45,025 nucleotides of DNA from assembly GCA_020722215.1 (NCBI GenBank), contig DYLG01000001.1:1-45025 (forward strand). Reading direction: 5' to 3'. Shown piece by piece: positions 24,386 to 33,634 of the stretch. The stretch comes from Desulfomonile tiedjei. GTDB lineage: Bacteria > Desulfobacterota > Desulfomonilia > Desulfomonilales > Desulfomonilaceae. A program made the translations under genes and the position numbers. The notes beneath the pieces are model-generated. The model worked only from the letters and a program-made list of their open reading frames with translations. It was not told the DNA's origin and made no database searches. Position 1 is the first letter of the stretch; each line of letters begins with the position of its first letter.

Positions 24386-25831
24386 TCATTCCTGCCGGAG
24401 GGGGCCGCGTGCGAGAGAGGCAAAGATTCCCAAAACGCACAGGAATCCAAACACCAGGAACGCAGCACTCACGCACCTTAGAAAGGCCGGGTATTGTTCC
24501 GGGGTTATCTTGACCGGCCCCACGTAAACGGAGAGCATGACCGTGGCTATTCCCATGCTGAACATCTGTCCCAGCAGTCGCATGGATGCCGCCGCGCCGG
24601 CGGCGATCCCGTAGAATCTCTTGTACACGGAACTCATGATCGCGTTCATATTCGGGGATGAGAACAGGGCAAATCCGATGCCCAGCAGCACAAGATCCAA
24701 GACGATGAAAGACGTGTGGGCCAGGGATGTCAGGACAGCCATTGCGAAAAGCCCGACAGCCGTGAGCGCCATACCCAGAGAAGCGACCTTCCGCGGTTCG
24801 ATTCGGTCGGAAAGCCTGCCGGCGAACGGCGAAAAAACGGCCATCATGATTGGCTGGGTGACCAGCACCAGCCCGGCGGATCGAGGGTCCAAGCCTTTGA
24901 TGTACTGAAGGTAAAGACTCAACAGAAAGGTTACGGCGAAGGTGGCGCTGTAATTCACCAAAGCCGCAAGACCGGAGAATGCGAATGCTCTGTTTACCGT
25001 GAACAATTCCACGTTGAAGACCGGCGAAGTGACCTTGAATTCCCACTGCGCGAAGACACAAAAGAGAGCGACTCCTGCAAGAATTGCCCAGAAGCTCTGA
25101 ACAGACGGGAGGGTCGAGAATCCGTACATAGTCAACATTATGGAAATGCCGTACAGAACAGAGCCTACCACGTCGAGTCTTTCACCACGCGTCTCCCCCC
25201 GCTCCTCTTCCAGATATTCGGTCGCGAGATAAATCGTCAACGCTCCCATAGGGACAACTACTCCGAACACGCTGCGCCACGATATGTACTGGGTGAGGAG
25301 TCCTCCCACGAAAGGGCCGGCGGACAGCCCGATGTACACCGCTGCCACGGTGATTCCAATGGCCATCCCTCTCTCTCTCACAGGAAACGCTGCCGTGACG
25401 ATGGCCATACCGGTGGAGAAAATCATCGCGATTCCGATGCCTTGCACGACTCTTGCCGCCAGCAGTTGATAAATTGACCCTGAGACCGCGGAAAGGAAGG
25501 ACGATAACGTGAATATGACCAAGCCCCACACGTAGACCTTCTTGCGCCCACGTATGTCGGCCACCTTTCCGAACGGAAGAACGAACACCGCGGTTGACAG
25601 GAGATACGAGGTGGCAACCCAGGCCAGCAAGATTGCGTTCACGTGGAAGTCGGCTTGAATCGCCGGGAGGGCAACGTTTATTGCCGAAGCCATGAACGGA
25701 GTCACAAAGGAGCTGACGCAACTCACCGTTATCACGACCCGTTTGGTTTTGGTGTCCGTCAATGATGTGACCTCAATCGCAAGATGCTTATCGGGAAGGC
25801 CCCTTTTACACCACGCGGCTCCCGGCCGCAA
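24386..25831 (-). CDS. MFS transporter, 14-TMS DHA2 (EmrB/QacA)-like
   Basis: About 14 hydrophobic segments. Motif ...SAINVALPAIQADF... near the N-terminus, and GKVADIRGRKK (motif A-like). The start is uncertain: an internal TTG (LTDTKTKR...) preceded by GAGG is an alternative to the listed ATG 25831. Confidence 0.85.
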   Translation of the reverse strand: MRPGAAWCKRGLPDKHLAIEVTSLTDTKTKRVVITVSCVSSFVTPFMASAINVALPAIQADFHVNAILLAWVATSYLLSTAVFVLPFGKVADIRGRKKVYVWGLVIFTLSSFLSAVSGSIYQLLAARVVQGIGIAMIFSTGMAIVTAAFPVRERGMAIGITVAAVYIGLSAGPFVGGLLTQYISWRSVFGVVVPMGALTIYLATEYLEEERGETRGERLDVVGSVLYGISIMLTMYGFSTLPSVQSFWAILAGVALFCVFAQWEFKVTSPVFNVELFTVNRAFAFSGLAALVNYSATFAVTFLLSLYLQYIKGLDPRSAGLVLVTQPIMMAVFSPFAGRLSDRIEPRKVASLGMALTAVGLFAMAVLTSLAHTSFIVLDLVLLGIGFALFSSPNMNAIMSSVYKRFYGIAAGAAASMRLLGQMFSMGIATVMLSVYVGPVKITPEQYPAFLRCVSAAFLVFGFLCVLGIFASLARGPLRQE

Positions 25832-26238
25832 CCAAAACCGGCACGAGTTCCCTCTTTCGATGTGTCCTTTGACTTATGACAGAAGAGCATCGTCAATGGA
25901 GGAACACCATGGGGGCATTCTTGCACAAATGCGCGTCCGATGTCATCGGAGTACTCAGTGGTTGTGAGCCGGAAAGGCCCCTCCACCAAGGACTGTCAAT
26001 ATGCCGGCCTGCAACCGCTTTGAGCGGCAGGGGGGGTGGTGGTCGGGCCTGACAACACATTTGATGAGGGCCCCGGGACGATCGGCAGGCGCGGACGCTG
26101 CCGCCCCGTGATCAATGGGAGCACCGGGCACTCTGTTCCAGCAAACTTACCACGTCGCGTTGAACTGTTTCGAGTTAGGTTTGTCTTTACCGAAGGTGTT
26201 CCTGATGGTAGATTGCCGCGCGGGAGAATTGCCGCCGG

Positions 26239-27708
26239 GTGAGGCAAATGCGGAGAAGAATGCTGCAATCCGCCATGATGGGCGGTCCATTCCGATTGGT
26301 CAAGTATTTCATAGTGTCCGGGTTCGCCCTGATCGCCGTGGCCACCCTTCTCCTCGGTGCGTTACTCTATTCCAGAAGCGCTGACACGGTTCTGAGAGGG
26401 GCAGAGAACTACGCGCGATTGCTTGCCGACAACCTGAATTACAACATCTACAACGGGTTCTATGCTCCCCTGAGGGCGCAAGGAATCGAGATGGACCTGG
26501 GGAAATGGGACCAGTTCACCGCGCTGGATTCTCTAGTCAAGGACTTCACTTACGGTCTTAAAATCCAGCGAATCAAAATAGTTGGGCGACAACGCACAAT
26601 CGATTACAGCACCGACTACGACCTGATAGGAAAGTTCGAACCCGGGTCTGACACCCTTGGGAAGGCGCTGGAAGGAAAAGCCTTTACCGTTGTCCGCCAC
26701 GAAAAAACATCGGCGGCTCTATGGCGGGGAAAGTGGTTGGCTGAAACGTACTACCCGCTGCGAGAGGTTACGGGCAACTACTGGATGCTGGGAAAGATTT
26801 ATGGAGTCCTGCAAATAACCCAGGACGTGTCCGACCAGTACGCGGCTTTCCAACGATCCGTAATGGTGATCATGTTGGTGGCCGCGGTGCTCATGGCCTT
26901 TCTCTTCGCCGCGCTGACGCTCATCGTGAGAAGAGGTGAAAATATTCTTCTGGAACGGGCAAGGGAGCAGAATCTCCTTGAGGAACAGCTCCGCCAGACG
27001 GAGAAGATGGCATCCATAGGCCAAATGGTGGCAACCATTGCTCACGAGATCAGGAATCCCCTCGGAATAATTCGCTCATCCGCGGATGTGCTTCACAAAC
27101 AGGACAATCCCGCCCCGGAAAGGCGCAGAAAGCTGGCAGGGGTGATAGTTGAAGAAGCAACCCGCCTGAGCGCCATCCTCACCGATTTCCTGGACTTCGC
27201 CAGGCCCCGGCCCCCCGACAAACGCGTTATTGACGTGAGGGACGTGATAGACCGGGTGAAGAACAACTTGGAACAGGAGATCCAGTCGCGGCAGGTCCAA
27301 TGGCGTCAGACGGTTGTCAATGGAGGCGCACCGCTGGTTGCAGGTGATTCGGATCTGCTGTACCAGGCTTTTCTCAATGTGGCGATGAACGCGTTCGAGG
27401 CCATGGATGATGGAGGCACTTTTTCGGTCACCATCGACCCCGATGACTCGAGGATTCGCATAGACTTCGCCGACGACGGGCGAGGAATCAAGGAAGAAGA
27501 CCTTCGTCGGATATTCACGCCATTCTTCACTACAAGTGAGATGGGGACCGGACTTGGGCTTTCCGTGGTTCACAACATCATCACTGCTCATGGGGGCGAG
27601 ATCTCGGTGAAAAGCTCCGAAGGTAACGGCGCAGTGTTCACGGTGATGCTCCCGGCGCGCTCAGACGATGAGGGGTCAAGTGCACCGGCATCAGGGGGGG
27701 CGGCATGA
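26239..27708 (+). CDS. Membrane sensor histidine kinase (two TM segments flanking a periplasmic domain; HisKA plus HATPase_c), NtrB/AtoS-like
   Basis: H-box ATIAHEIRNPLG. N/G boxes (NVAMNAFEAM, DDGRGI, GTGLGLSVV). Start ambiguous (GTG 26239, or ATG 26248/26260). Stop overlaps the next gene (ATGA). Confidence 0.85.
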   Translation: MRQMRRRMLQSAMMGGPFRLVKYFIVSGFALIAVATLLLGALLYSRSADTVLRGAENYARLLADNLNYNIYNGFYAPLRAQGIEMDLGKWDQFTALDSLVKDFTYGLKIQRIKIVGRQRTIDYSTDYDLIGKFEPGSDTLGKALEGKAFTVVRHEKTSAALWRGKWLAETYYPLREVTGNYWMLGKIYGVLQITQDVSDQYAAFQRSVMVIMLVAAVLMAFLFAALTLIVRRGENILLERAREQNLLEEQLRQTEKMASIGQMVATIAHEIRNPLGIIRSSADVLHKQDNPAPERRRKLAGVIVEEATRLSAILTDFLDFARPRPPDKRVIDVRDVIDRVKNNLEQEIQSRQVQWRQTVVNGGAPLVAGDSDLLYQAFLNVAMNAFEAMDDGGTFSVTIDPDDSRIRIDFADDGRGIKEEDLRRIFTPFFTTSEMGTGLGLSVVHNIITAHGGEISVKSSEGNGAVFTVMLPARSDDEGSSAPASGGAA

Positions 27709-29063
27709 GAACCGTCCTGGTGGTTGACGACGAGAAAAACTATCGCATAGTGCTGGAAGACCTGCTTGAAGAAGAAGGCTACAAGGTGCTCACCGCGGCT
27801 TCAGCCGCCGAGGCGCTTGACCTGATACGGAGCAATCCGGTGGACACTGTGCTCACCGACATAAAAATGCCCGGCATGTCCGGCGTGGAACTCCTTGAAA
27901 GGATAACCGATCTTGATCCGGATCTCCCTGTGATTCTCATGACCGCCTACGCGGAGGTGGACCAGGCGGTTGGAGCCATGAAAAAGGGGGCTCTTGACCA
28001 CATCCAGAAGCCCTTTGACAATGAAGATGTTAAGAGGGCTGTCGCCAGAGGTGTCGAGAAACACTCCCTTATCAAGAATATCAGGTACCTGGAGACGGAG
28101 CTGCAAACAGTCTGGGGGAGCATTGTCGGCAAGTCCAAGGCCATGGAGAAGGTCTTCTCCATGATGAAGAGGGTCGCCGACACCCCGACAACCGTGCTCG
28201 TCTCCGGGGAATCCGGCACAGGCAAGGAGCTTATTGCCCGGGGACTCCACCATGCCTCTTCGAGGAACAGCCGTCCCTTCGTGTCCATCAACTGCGCTGC
28301 CATCCCGGAAACTCTGTTGGAATCGGAACTCTTCGGATACGAAAAAGGCGCTTTCACCGGCGCGGCGGGTCTGAAGCGAGGGAAATTCGAATTCGCCGAC
28401 GGCGGTACGTTGTTCTTGGACGAAGTGGGAGAAATGTCTCTCCGCCTTCAGGTGAAGCTCTTGCGAGTCCTTCAGGAACAAGAGTTTCAGCGAGTGGGCG
28501 GTAACCGTGACATACGGGTGGATGTCAGAATTGTCGCGGCGACAAACAAGGATCTCAGAGAACAAGTGGAGAAAGGCAGGTTCCGACAAGACCTCTTTTT
28601 CAGGCTGAACGTGGTGCACATTCAGGCGCCGCCGTTGCGGGAGCGCAGGGATGACATTCCGTTCCTGGTTGCGCATTTCGTTGACAGATTCGTCTCCAAG
28701 CTCGGCCGTACCGTTCGATCCGTGGAACCCGAAGTGATCCAAGCTTTTTATCGCTATTACTGGCCAGGCAACGTCCGGGAACTGGAAAACGTTATCGAGA
28801 GAGCAGTGGTGCTCTCCAAGGGAGGGACGATCACTCCGGAGGATCTTCCGCCCGAGATCAGAGAATCACCGGAAATCGAACGAGGGCTCGATACACTCAT
28901 CTCGTGGGAAAAGGGGCTGTCCGACACGTTGGACGCAATCGAGGAGAGGATGATCCGTCAGGCCTTGATAAGAGCGGATAATGTTCAGACCCAGGCGGCC
29001 AAGATCCTCGGCGTCTCCCGAAGCAATCTGCAATACAAGATGAAGAAATATGGGCTGCTTTAG
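27705..29063 (+). CDS. Sigma-54-dependent response regulator, NtrC family (REC, AAA+, Fis HTH)
   Basis: REC (VLVVDDE...TDIKMPGMSG...KP). GESGTGKE. ESELFGYEKGAFTGA. HTH AAKILGVSRSNLQYKMKKYGL. Confidence 0.92.
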   Translation: MRTVLVVDDEKNYRIVLEDLLEEEGYKVLTAASAAEALDLIRSNPVDTVLTDIKMPGMSGVELLERITDLDPDLPVILMTAYAEVDQAVGAMKKGALDHIQKPFDNEDVKRAVARGVEKHSLIKNIRYLETELQTVWGSIVGKSKAMEKVFSMMKRVADTPTTVLVSGESGTGKELIARGLHHASSRNSRPFVSINCAAIPETLLESELFGYEKGAFTGAAGLKRGKFEFADGGTLFLDEVGEMSLRLQVKLLRVLQEQEFQRVGGNRDIRVDVRIVAATNKDLREQVEKGRFRQDLFFRLNVVHIQAPPLRERRDDIPFLVAHFVDRFVSKLGRTVRSVEPEVIQAFYRYYWPGNVRELENVIERAVVLSKGGTITPEDLPPEIRESPEIERGLDTLISWEKGLSDTLDAIEERMIRQALIRADNVQTQAAKILGVSRSNLQYKMKKYGLL

Positions 29064-29242
29064 ACACCCGGATATGAGACCCGACTTCTCGGTTCCCGCA
29101 GGGTCACGCCACGGCTGAAGCAAGAGTCGGGCCGGCCGCGCGGCAAGAGGTGTGGCGCCTGGTGATTCCCTGCCTCGGGAACCGATCCGTGTCCCGGTTG
29201 ACAAAAGAACTGATTGACCGCGTAATCGCAATCTTCGGTTGT

Positions 29243-29257
29243 TGGAAAAGGGGTTGC
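29243..29257 (+). promoter_or_regulatory. Candidate sigma-54 (-24/-12) promoter TGG-N8-TTGC upstream of the L,D-transpeptidase gene
   Basis: TGGAAAAGGGGTTGC: the GG and GC elements have the canonical 11-nt register. About 110 nt upstream of ATG 29367. A TGTC-N6-GACA dyad at 29190-29203 could be an enhancer site. Only the core dinucleotides match the consensus. Confidence 0.3.
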
Positions 29258-29273
29258 CAAATGATCACCTCTG

Positions 29274-29302
29274 TTGACACAGAGTCTGGTTTAAATTATA
29301 GA
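29274..29302 (+). promoter_or_regulatory. Candidate sigma-70-type promoter (TTGACA - 17 nt - TATAGA)
   Basis: Perfect -35 at 29274-29279, a 17-nt spacer, -10 TATAGA at 29297-29302. About 65 nt upstream of ATG 29367. Confidence 0.35.
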
Positions 29303-29366
29303 CGAAAGTGATTTCAGACTAATGAGGGTCTTTTTCTCAGTCGTTCGGAAGAAGAGGGCGCTAACG

Positions 29367-30407
29367 ATGCGTTATTTAACAAGATATCTTGGGCTGATTA
29401 TTCCCCTCTTTGTGGTGTGCTCGGCGGCAAATGCCCAAATGCAGCCGGGAAACCCGTACTACGGCGCCGACTCGGGGTACTGGATGGAGTCGCCCCCCGG
29501 ACCCGCTCCGTGGGGTCCTCCCGAGGGCCCCCAGCCTGCCCGGTACGGTTCGCCTGCGGCCCGCACTCCTCATCCCCAGTACGACTCTCCCGACGGGGAA
29601 GCAATACTTCGGGAGCAAATGATGAGAAGCCGTGCTCAGAGGAATCCCCGGGCTCAGGTTCAGCCCCTGCCTCAGGTCCAACCCCCGCCTCAGGTTCAAC
29701 CTCAGGTGGGCCCCCCTCAGAACCAGCACCCAATTTACGACAATACGATTTACGGCCACCGTCCCGCCACCGAGGAAGAAGTCAGGGCGGTTATGGAGGA
29801 AGCAAGGTACATCGGGACCCTTGTCAGAAAGAGAAACGGAAAACCCTTTGTCGTCATCGACAAGCGCAATTTCCAGTTCTATCTGTATGACGCATACGGA
29901 CGGCTGCTGAGAATCGGCCCTGTGGCAGTGGGAAAGGGAGACACCGAGGTCGGCCGGTTCGAGACCCCTGTGGGAGTTTATCCCATCAGAAGCAAGGTGG
30001 AGAAGGACGACTGGATAAGACCTGATTGGTACTTTGTCGAGGAAGGGGAACCGATTCCCCAAAGATATGAAGACAGGCGCGTTCCCGGGTTCTTCAGGTA
30101 TAAGCTCGTATTTGACGGAACCAGATACATTCACTACGCCGAGGCTACAGGCGGGCGGCTCACCCACGGTTGCCTTGGTCTGGACTGGCAGGATGCTGAA
30201 GCTGTGTATCACACCCTGGATGTGGGCTCGTACGCAATAATTGTGGACGAGGGGTTCCTGGAACGACTTGCCCGAGGGGAATTCCCCATAAAGACCGTGG
30301 CAGCCAAACCGCCGGCTAAGCCCAAGAATGAAGGGGGCAACGCTGTTACAGCTAAGGTCGATTCCAAAGGGGACCAACCCAACCCCGTTTTCACGAATAT
30401 GTGGTAA
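29367..30407 (+). CDS. Secreted L,D-transpeptidase (YkuD) domain protein with a Pro/Gln-rich N-terminal linker
   Basis: Start ATG 29367 (MRYLTRYLGLIIPLFVVCSAANAQ signal peptide) after GAAGAGGG. YkuD-type core (FQFYLYDAYGRLLRIGPVAVGKGDT...TPVGVY...) with the catalytic motif THGCLGL. Confidence 0.8.
   Translation: MRYLTRYLGLIIPLFVVCSAANAQMQPGNPYYGADSGYWMESPPGPAPWGPPEGPQPARYGSPAARTPHPQYDSPDGEAILREQMMRSRAQRNPRAQVQPLPQVQPPPQVQPQVGPPQNQHPIYDNTIYGHRPATEEEVRAVMEEARYIGTLVRKRNGKPFVVIDKRNFQFYLYDAYGRLLRIGPVAVGKGDTEVGRFETPVGVYPIRSKVEKDDWIRPDWYFVEEGEPIPQRYEDRRVPGFFRYKLVFDGTRYIHYAEATGGRLTHGCLGLDWQDAEAVYHTLDVGSYAIIVDEGFLERLARGEFPIKTVAAKPPAKPKNEGGNAVTAKVDSKGDQPNPVFTNMW
29655..29720 (+). repeat. Imperfect in-frame tandem repeat (CAGGTNCARCCNCCNCCT-type) encoding QVQPLP-QVQPPP-QVQP-QVGPPQ
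   Basis: Read directly from the sequence. About 3.5 units of 12-18 nt inside the L,D-transpeptidase linker. Confidence 0.6.
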
Positions 30408-30480
30408 TTCAGTGTCGTTGCCCGAACGAGCACCATGCGGACACCGGATCGGACCGACGCCTGGGAAGGCATCCTCGAAC

Positions 30481-30933
30481 GTGTGTCGTTTCCAGCGATT
30501 GATCAGGGCCATGCTCTGCGTTGCCGTGGTGTTTTGCTCATCATGTCTCACTATGACGGCGCCACAGAGTGCCAAGGAGGACAGGCCGCGGACTGAAGCC
30601 CCCAGGAATCCGGTGAAGGACAATATGCTTGTGGACACCTGGGAACTCATGTACGAGTCCGAAGATGGCGGCCGGGAAAAGCCGACTCCGCCTGGTGTGC
30701 GCACCTTGGTCGAGTTCACTGATCAGGGCCGGGTGATATTCAACAAGACTTACAGCGGAGATAAGAACGGGGTGAGGAGTCGGACGGCAACATACTCGCT
30801 CGAAAAGAACGAAATGCATATCAGAGACGACTTGGGCAATTCCGTCCGCTGGCCGTACCATGTCACAGGAGACACACTCGTGATCGTGATGCCCGAGGCG
30901 AAGACAAGGTTGTACCTGCGCAGATCCCGATGA
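30481..30933 (+). CDS. Small secreted protein or possible lipoprotein, lipocalin-like/unknown function
   Basis: In frame with listed ORF 30328..30933. GTG 30481 gives MCRFQRLIRAMLCVAVVFCSSC (charged n-region, hydrophobic core, weak lipobox). ATG 30511 is an alternative start. The mature part (DTWELMYESEDGG...TYSLEKNEMHI...YHVTGDTLVIV) looks beta-rich. Confidence 0.5.
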   Translation: MCRFQRLIRAMLCVAVVFCSSCLTMTAPQSAKEDRPRTEAPRNPVKDNMLVDTWELMYESEDGGREKPTPPGVRTLVEFTDQGRVIFNKTYSGDKNGVRSRTATYSLEKNEMHIRDDLGNSVRWPYHVTGDTLVIVMPEAKTRLYLRRSR

Positions 30934-31080
30934 GATGAACGCCCATCGCGCAGGTGACCCCCGGCAAGCATCGACGGCCGCGTCAATCGACCGGGCGCCT
31001 GAGATTACAGCCATTGAGAAACACCCCCACCCCGGCCCTCTCCCAAAGGCGATAGCCGTCAACATAGGCTGGAGCGGTGC

Positions 31081-31842
31081 ATGATTTCAACAAGTTATCA
31101 CATACTAAAAACGCCCAATCCAGCGCTTGCCGCTTTGGCCAGCCTAGCGTTGTGTGCGCTTCTTTCAAGCGACACGGCGCGGGCTGCGAAGCCCGACGAA
31201 GTCCTGCGCTACGAGCTGACCTGGAACGGACAGAAGGCCGGCCACGGCAATGTGGCCATAAGCAGAAACGCCGAGTTGGTGGACGTGGTGGTGTTTGCAG
31301 TTTCCGACGGGGTGGTTAAGTCCATTGCTGAGATCTGGTGTCAGGTGAACTCCACCTTCGCAGCAAAGACCTTGAAACCCGCATCTTACCGATTTCAGCT
31401 AAAATCCAACCTCCTGGCGTCGGAAGTGGTGGACCTGAGCTTCGACCAGAACAAGGGGCTTGTGGCAGTCAATAAGCACAAGAGAGACGAACATGAGAGT
31501 CATGTGGAACAAATCGGGTCCGCTTACGATCCCCTGACAGCCGCATTTCTTCTCCGAAGTCAGAAGGACCTGCTCAAGCCCATGTACGTAGACATTTATG
31601 ACGGCAAGGCTAGAGCCCGCCTCTTTGTTACTCCCGGAGGACAAGAACAGATCAGCGTTCAGGGGGGAACATATCCGGCTTGTCGCCTTGGCCTTCGCCT
31701 GGTCCGGCTTACGGGAGATAAAGGCGAAGTGGGCAAAGCACTCCTCTGGATTTCCGATGACGAACACCGAATACCGCTGCTCCTGAAGGCGCCGCATATT
31801 ACGGGGATGTTTCGCTTCGAGCTGGTTTCTGTAGAGCGATGA
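31081..31842 (+). CDS. DUF3108-like secreted protein
   Basis: Signal peptide (ALAALASLALCALLSSDTARA). LRYELTWNGQKAGHG..., YDPLTAAFLLRSQ and C-terminal ...IPLLLKAPHITGMFRFELV fit my recollection of the DUF3108 pattern. Not verifiable without an HMM search. Confidence 0.55.
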   Translation: MISTSYHILKTPNPALAALASLALCALLSSDTARAAKPDEVLRYELTWNGQKAGHGNVAISRNAELVDVVVFAVSDGVVKSIAEIWCQVNSTFAAKTLKPASYRFQLKSNLLASEVVDLSFDQNKGLVAVNKHKRDEHESHVEQIGSAYDPLTAAFLLRSQKDLLKPMYVDIYDGKARARLFVTPGGQEQISVQGGTYPACRLGLRLVRLTGDKGEVGKALLWISDDEHRIPLLLKAPHITGMFRFELVSVER

Positions 31843-31890
31843 CGCCTCCTTCACCCTTCCTTTTCGCCTTGGCCGCCGCCTGGTTGTCCC

Positions 31891-33357
31891 ATGGATGATT
31901 GTCTCCGGCCTTGCGTACGAGAAATACTCCGATCCGTGTGCGCTTTGGCTCCTGGATCCTTTCTGGTGGGCGGCGCAATCCGAGATGCCCTGCTCGGCAA
32001 GTCGGTTCGCTTCGATCTCGACTTGGCAATCAGGGGCAACGGCTTTCTGATCGCACGGGAACTCGCCGATCTCATTGGGAGTGACGCGGCGTTTGTTCCT
32101 CTGGACAATGAGCGAGGAACCGGAAGAGTCGTGGTCGGCAGAGGGGAAGTAGTGACGTTGGACATCTCCTCCTTCAAGGGCGAAGATATCGCGGCTGATT
32201 TGCATGAACGCGATTTCACGATAAATGCGATTGCAGTCGGGCTTGACGATTTTCTTGAGCATGGCCTGGATCGCCTTGTTGATCCCACGGGAGGCCTGGA
32301 CGATCTGCGTGCGGGGATAGTCCGTGCGTGCTCCGACCACACTTTCCGCGACGATCCTCTTCGAATACTGAGGGCCTTTCGTTTTCAAAGCCGGCTGAGA
32401 TTTCGCGTTGCGGATGACACCCTTGGCATGATCCCATCCGGCCTTCCGGAATTGTCAAAGGTCTCATGGGAAAGGATCAGGGACGAATTCATCGCGATTC
32501 TGGCCTGCGACAATTCAGCGCAGTGCATAAGGACGATGGACCGGTTCGGCGTTATTGACGCGCTCTTTCCCGAACTTGTTCCCATGAAAGGTGTGGATCA
32601 GAATCCCTATCATCACCTGGATGTTTGGGAGCACACCCTGGAGACGGTTTATCAGCTCGAGCTGCTTCTGTCCGACGGACTGGCCGGCTTCGGCGACTTC
32701 GCACAAAGGATAGCCGACTATGCGAACGAGGAGCCCGTCCGTGATCGCCCTCGCAGAGCACTGCTCAAGCTGGCCGCGTTGCTGCACGATTCGGGCAAAC
32801 CCGCGCGCCTCAGCGTCGATCCTGACGGAAGAGTGCGATTCTTTGGACATGAGAAAGTGTCCGGCGAAATATGTGAAGTGATTCTTAGCCGCCTCACTCT
32901 TGCATCGAGAGAGAAGGAACTGGTCAGAGAATTGGTGACCGGCCACATGCGGCCCTTTGTGGTCATGGCTGAAACGGTGACGAAGCGGTCCATTTACCGC
33001 CTTCACAGGAGATTCAAGTCGGACGTTATCGGACTGCTGCTCCTTTTCCTGGCGGATCTCGGAGCAACACGAGGCCCTGCCCGCAAGGAAGGACAAACGG
33101 AGGAGGCGTTGAGGCAGGTCCTCACCGCCCTGGACCTGTTTCTCGGAATGGACGAAAATCCGCCCCCGCCGCTGCTGAAGGGGGGCGATCTCATGCGGAT
33201 ATTCGGCCTCCAGCCTGGTCCTATTCTAGGCAAAATGCTTAGGAAAGTGGCCGAGTATCAAGGCGCGGGACTGGTAACTACCCCGAAAGAGGCACTGCTG
33301 ATGCTCATGGGAGAAGATCCGTGGGAAGACGGGGAAACAAGCGACAAGACCTCATGA
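31891..33357 (+). CDS. tRNA nucleotidyltransferase (CCA-adding) / poly(A) polymerase family protein with an HD domain
   Basis: Head-domain motifs VGGAIRDALLG, DLDLA, RDFTINA. HD motif LLHDSGKP. 488 aa. Confidence 0.85.
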   Translation: MDDCLRPCVREILRSVCALAPGSFLVGGAIRDALLGKSVRFDLDLAIRGNGFLIARELADLIGSDAAFVPLDNERGTGRVVVGRGEVVTLDISSFKGEDIAADLHERDFTINAIAVGLDDFLEHGLDRLVDPTGGLDDLRAGIVRACSDHTFRDDPLRILRAFRFQSRLRFRVADDTLGMIPSGLPELSKVSWERIRDEFIAILACDNSAQCIRTMDRFGVIDALFPELVPMKGVDQNPYHHLDVWEHTLETVYQLELLLSDGLAGFGDFAQRIADYANEEPVRDRPRRALLKLAALLHDSGKPARLSVDPDGRVRFFGHEKVSGEICEVILSRLTLASREKELVRELVTGHMRPFVVMAETVTKRSIYRLHRRFKSDVIGLLLLFLADLGATRGPARKEGQTEEALRQVLTALDLFLGMDENPPPPLLKGGDLMRIFGLQPGPILGKMLRKVAEYQGAGLVTTPKEALLMLMGEDPWEDGETSDKTS

Positions 33358-33402
33358 CATGGAGCCTTCTGTCCTTGCCAGGAGAGATTTCCGCTGGTTG
33401 AT

Positions 33403-33427
33403 AGGGGCGGATTTGAAACCCGCCCCT
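33403..33427. repeat. GC-rich hairpin element AGGGGCGG-atttgaaac-CCGCCCCT in a convergent spacer
   Basis: 8-bp perfect stem, 9-nt loop. 46 nt after the stop of the nucleotidyltransferase gene. A different sequence family from the CCGGCCGG palindromes. Confidence 0.55.
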
Positions 33428-33560
33428 ACATGCAAGTCGGCCATTTCTTTCGGCAACGGTTACTGGCTCCCAGGCTCCGGCCTTCAACATGTCCCACATC
33501 TACGGTCTCCAGCCAGCACTTATGGGTCAAGATGAGGGCTGGAGCCTGGGAACGAGGAAC

Positions 33561-33579
33561 GACGGGCAAGATGCCCGTC
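33561..33579. repeat. Short hairpin element GACGGGCA-aga-TGCCCGTC
   Basis: 8-bp perfect stem, 3-nt loop. 56 nt from the icmF stop, in the same convergent spacer. Confidence 0.5.
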
Positions 33580-33634
33580 CTACCAAATCTCGAGCCCGCC
33601 GTCCTGCTCGCCGGTTTTCGGAACCCGCCTGCCC

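Noticed and set aside
25909-26046. 45-aa ORF (MGAFLHKCASDVIGVLSGCEPERPLHQGL...) in the MFS/kinase divergent spacer. It is vaguely reminiscent of the N-termini of some IS-associated proteins.
   Set aside because: The resemblance rests on memory only. The ORF is short, lacks an SD, and no transposase body or inverted repeats follow.
29376-30719. 447-aa minus-strand ORF, plus several plus-strand off-frame ORFs across 29398-30240
   Set aside because: It is antisense or off-frame to the L,D-transpeptidase gene, which has a signal peptide and the catalytic HGC motif. Low-complexity Arg/Gly/Pro content.
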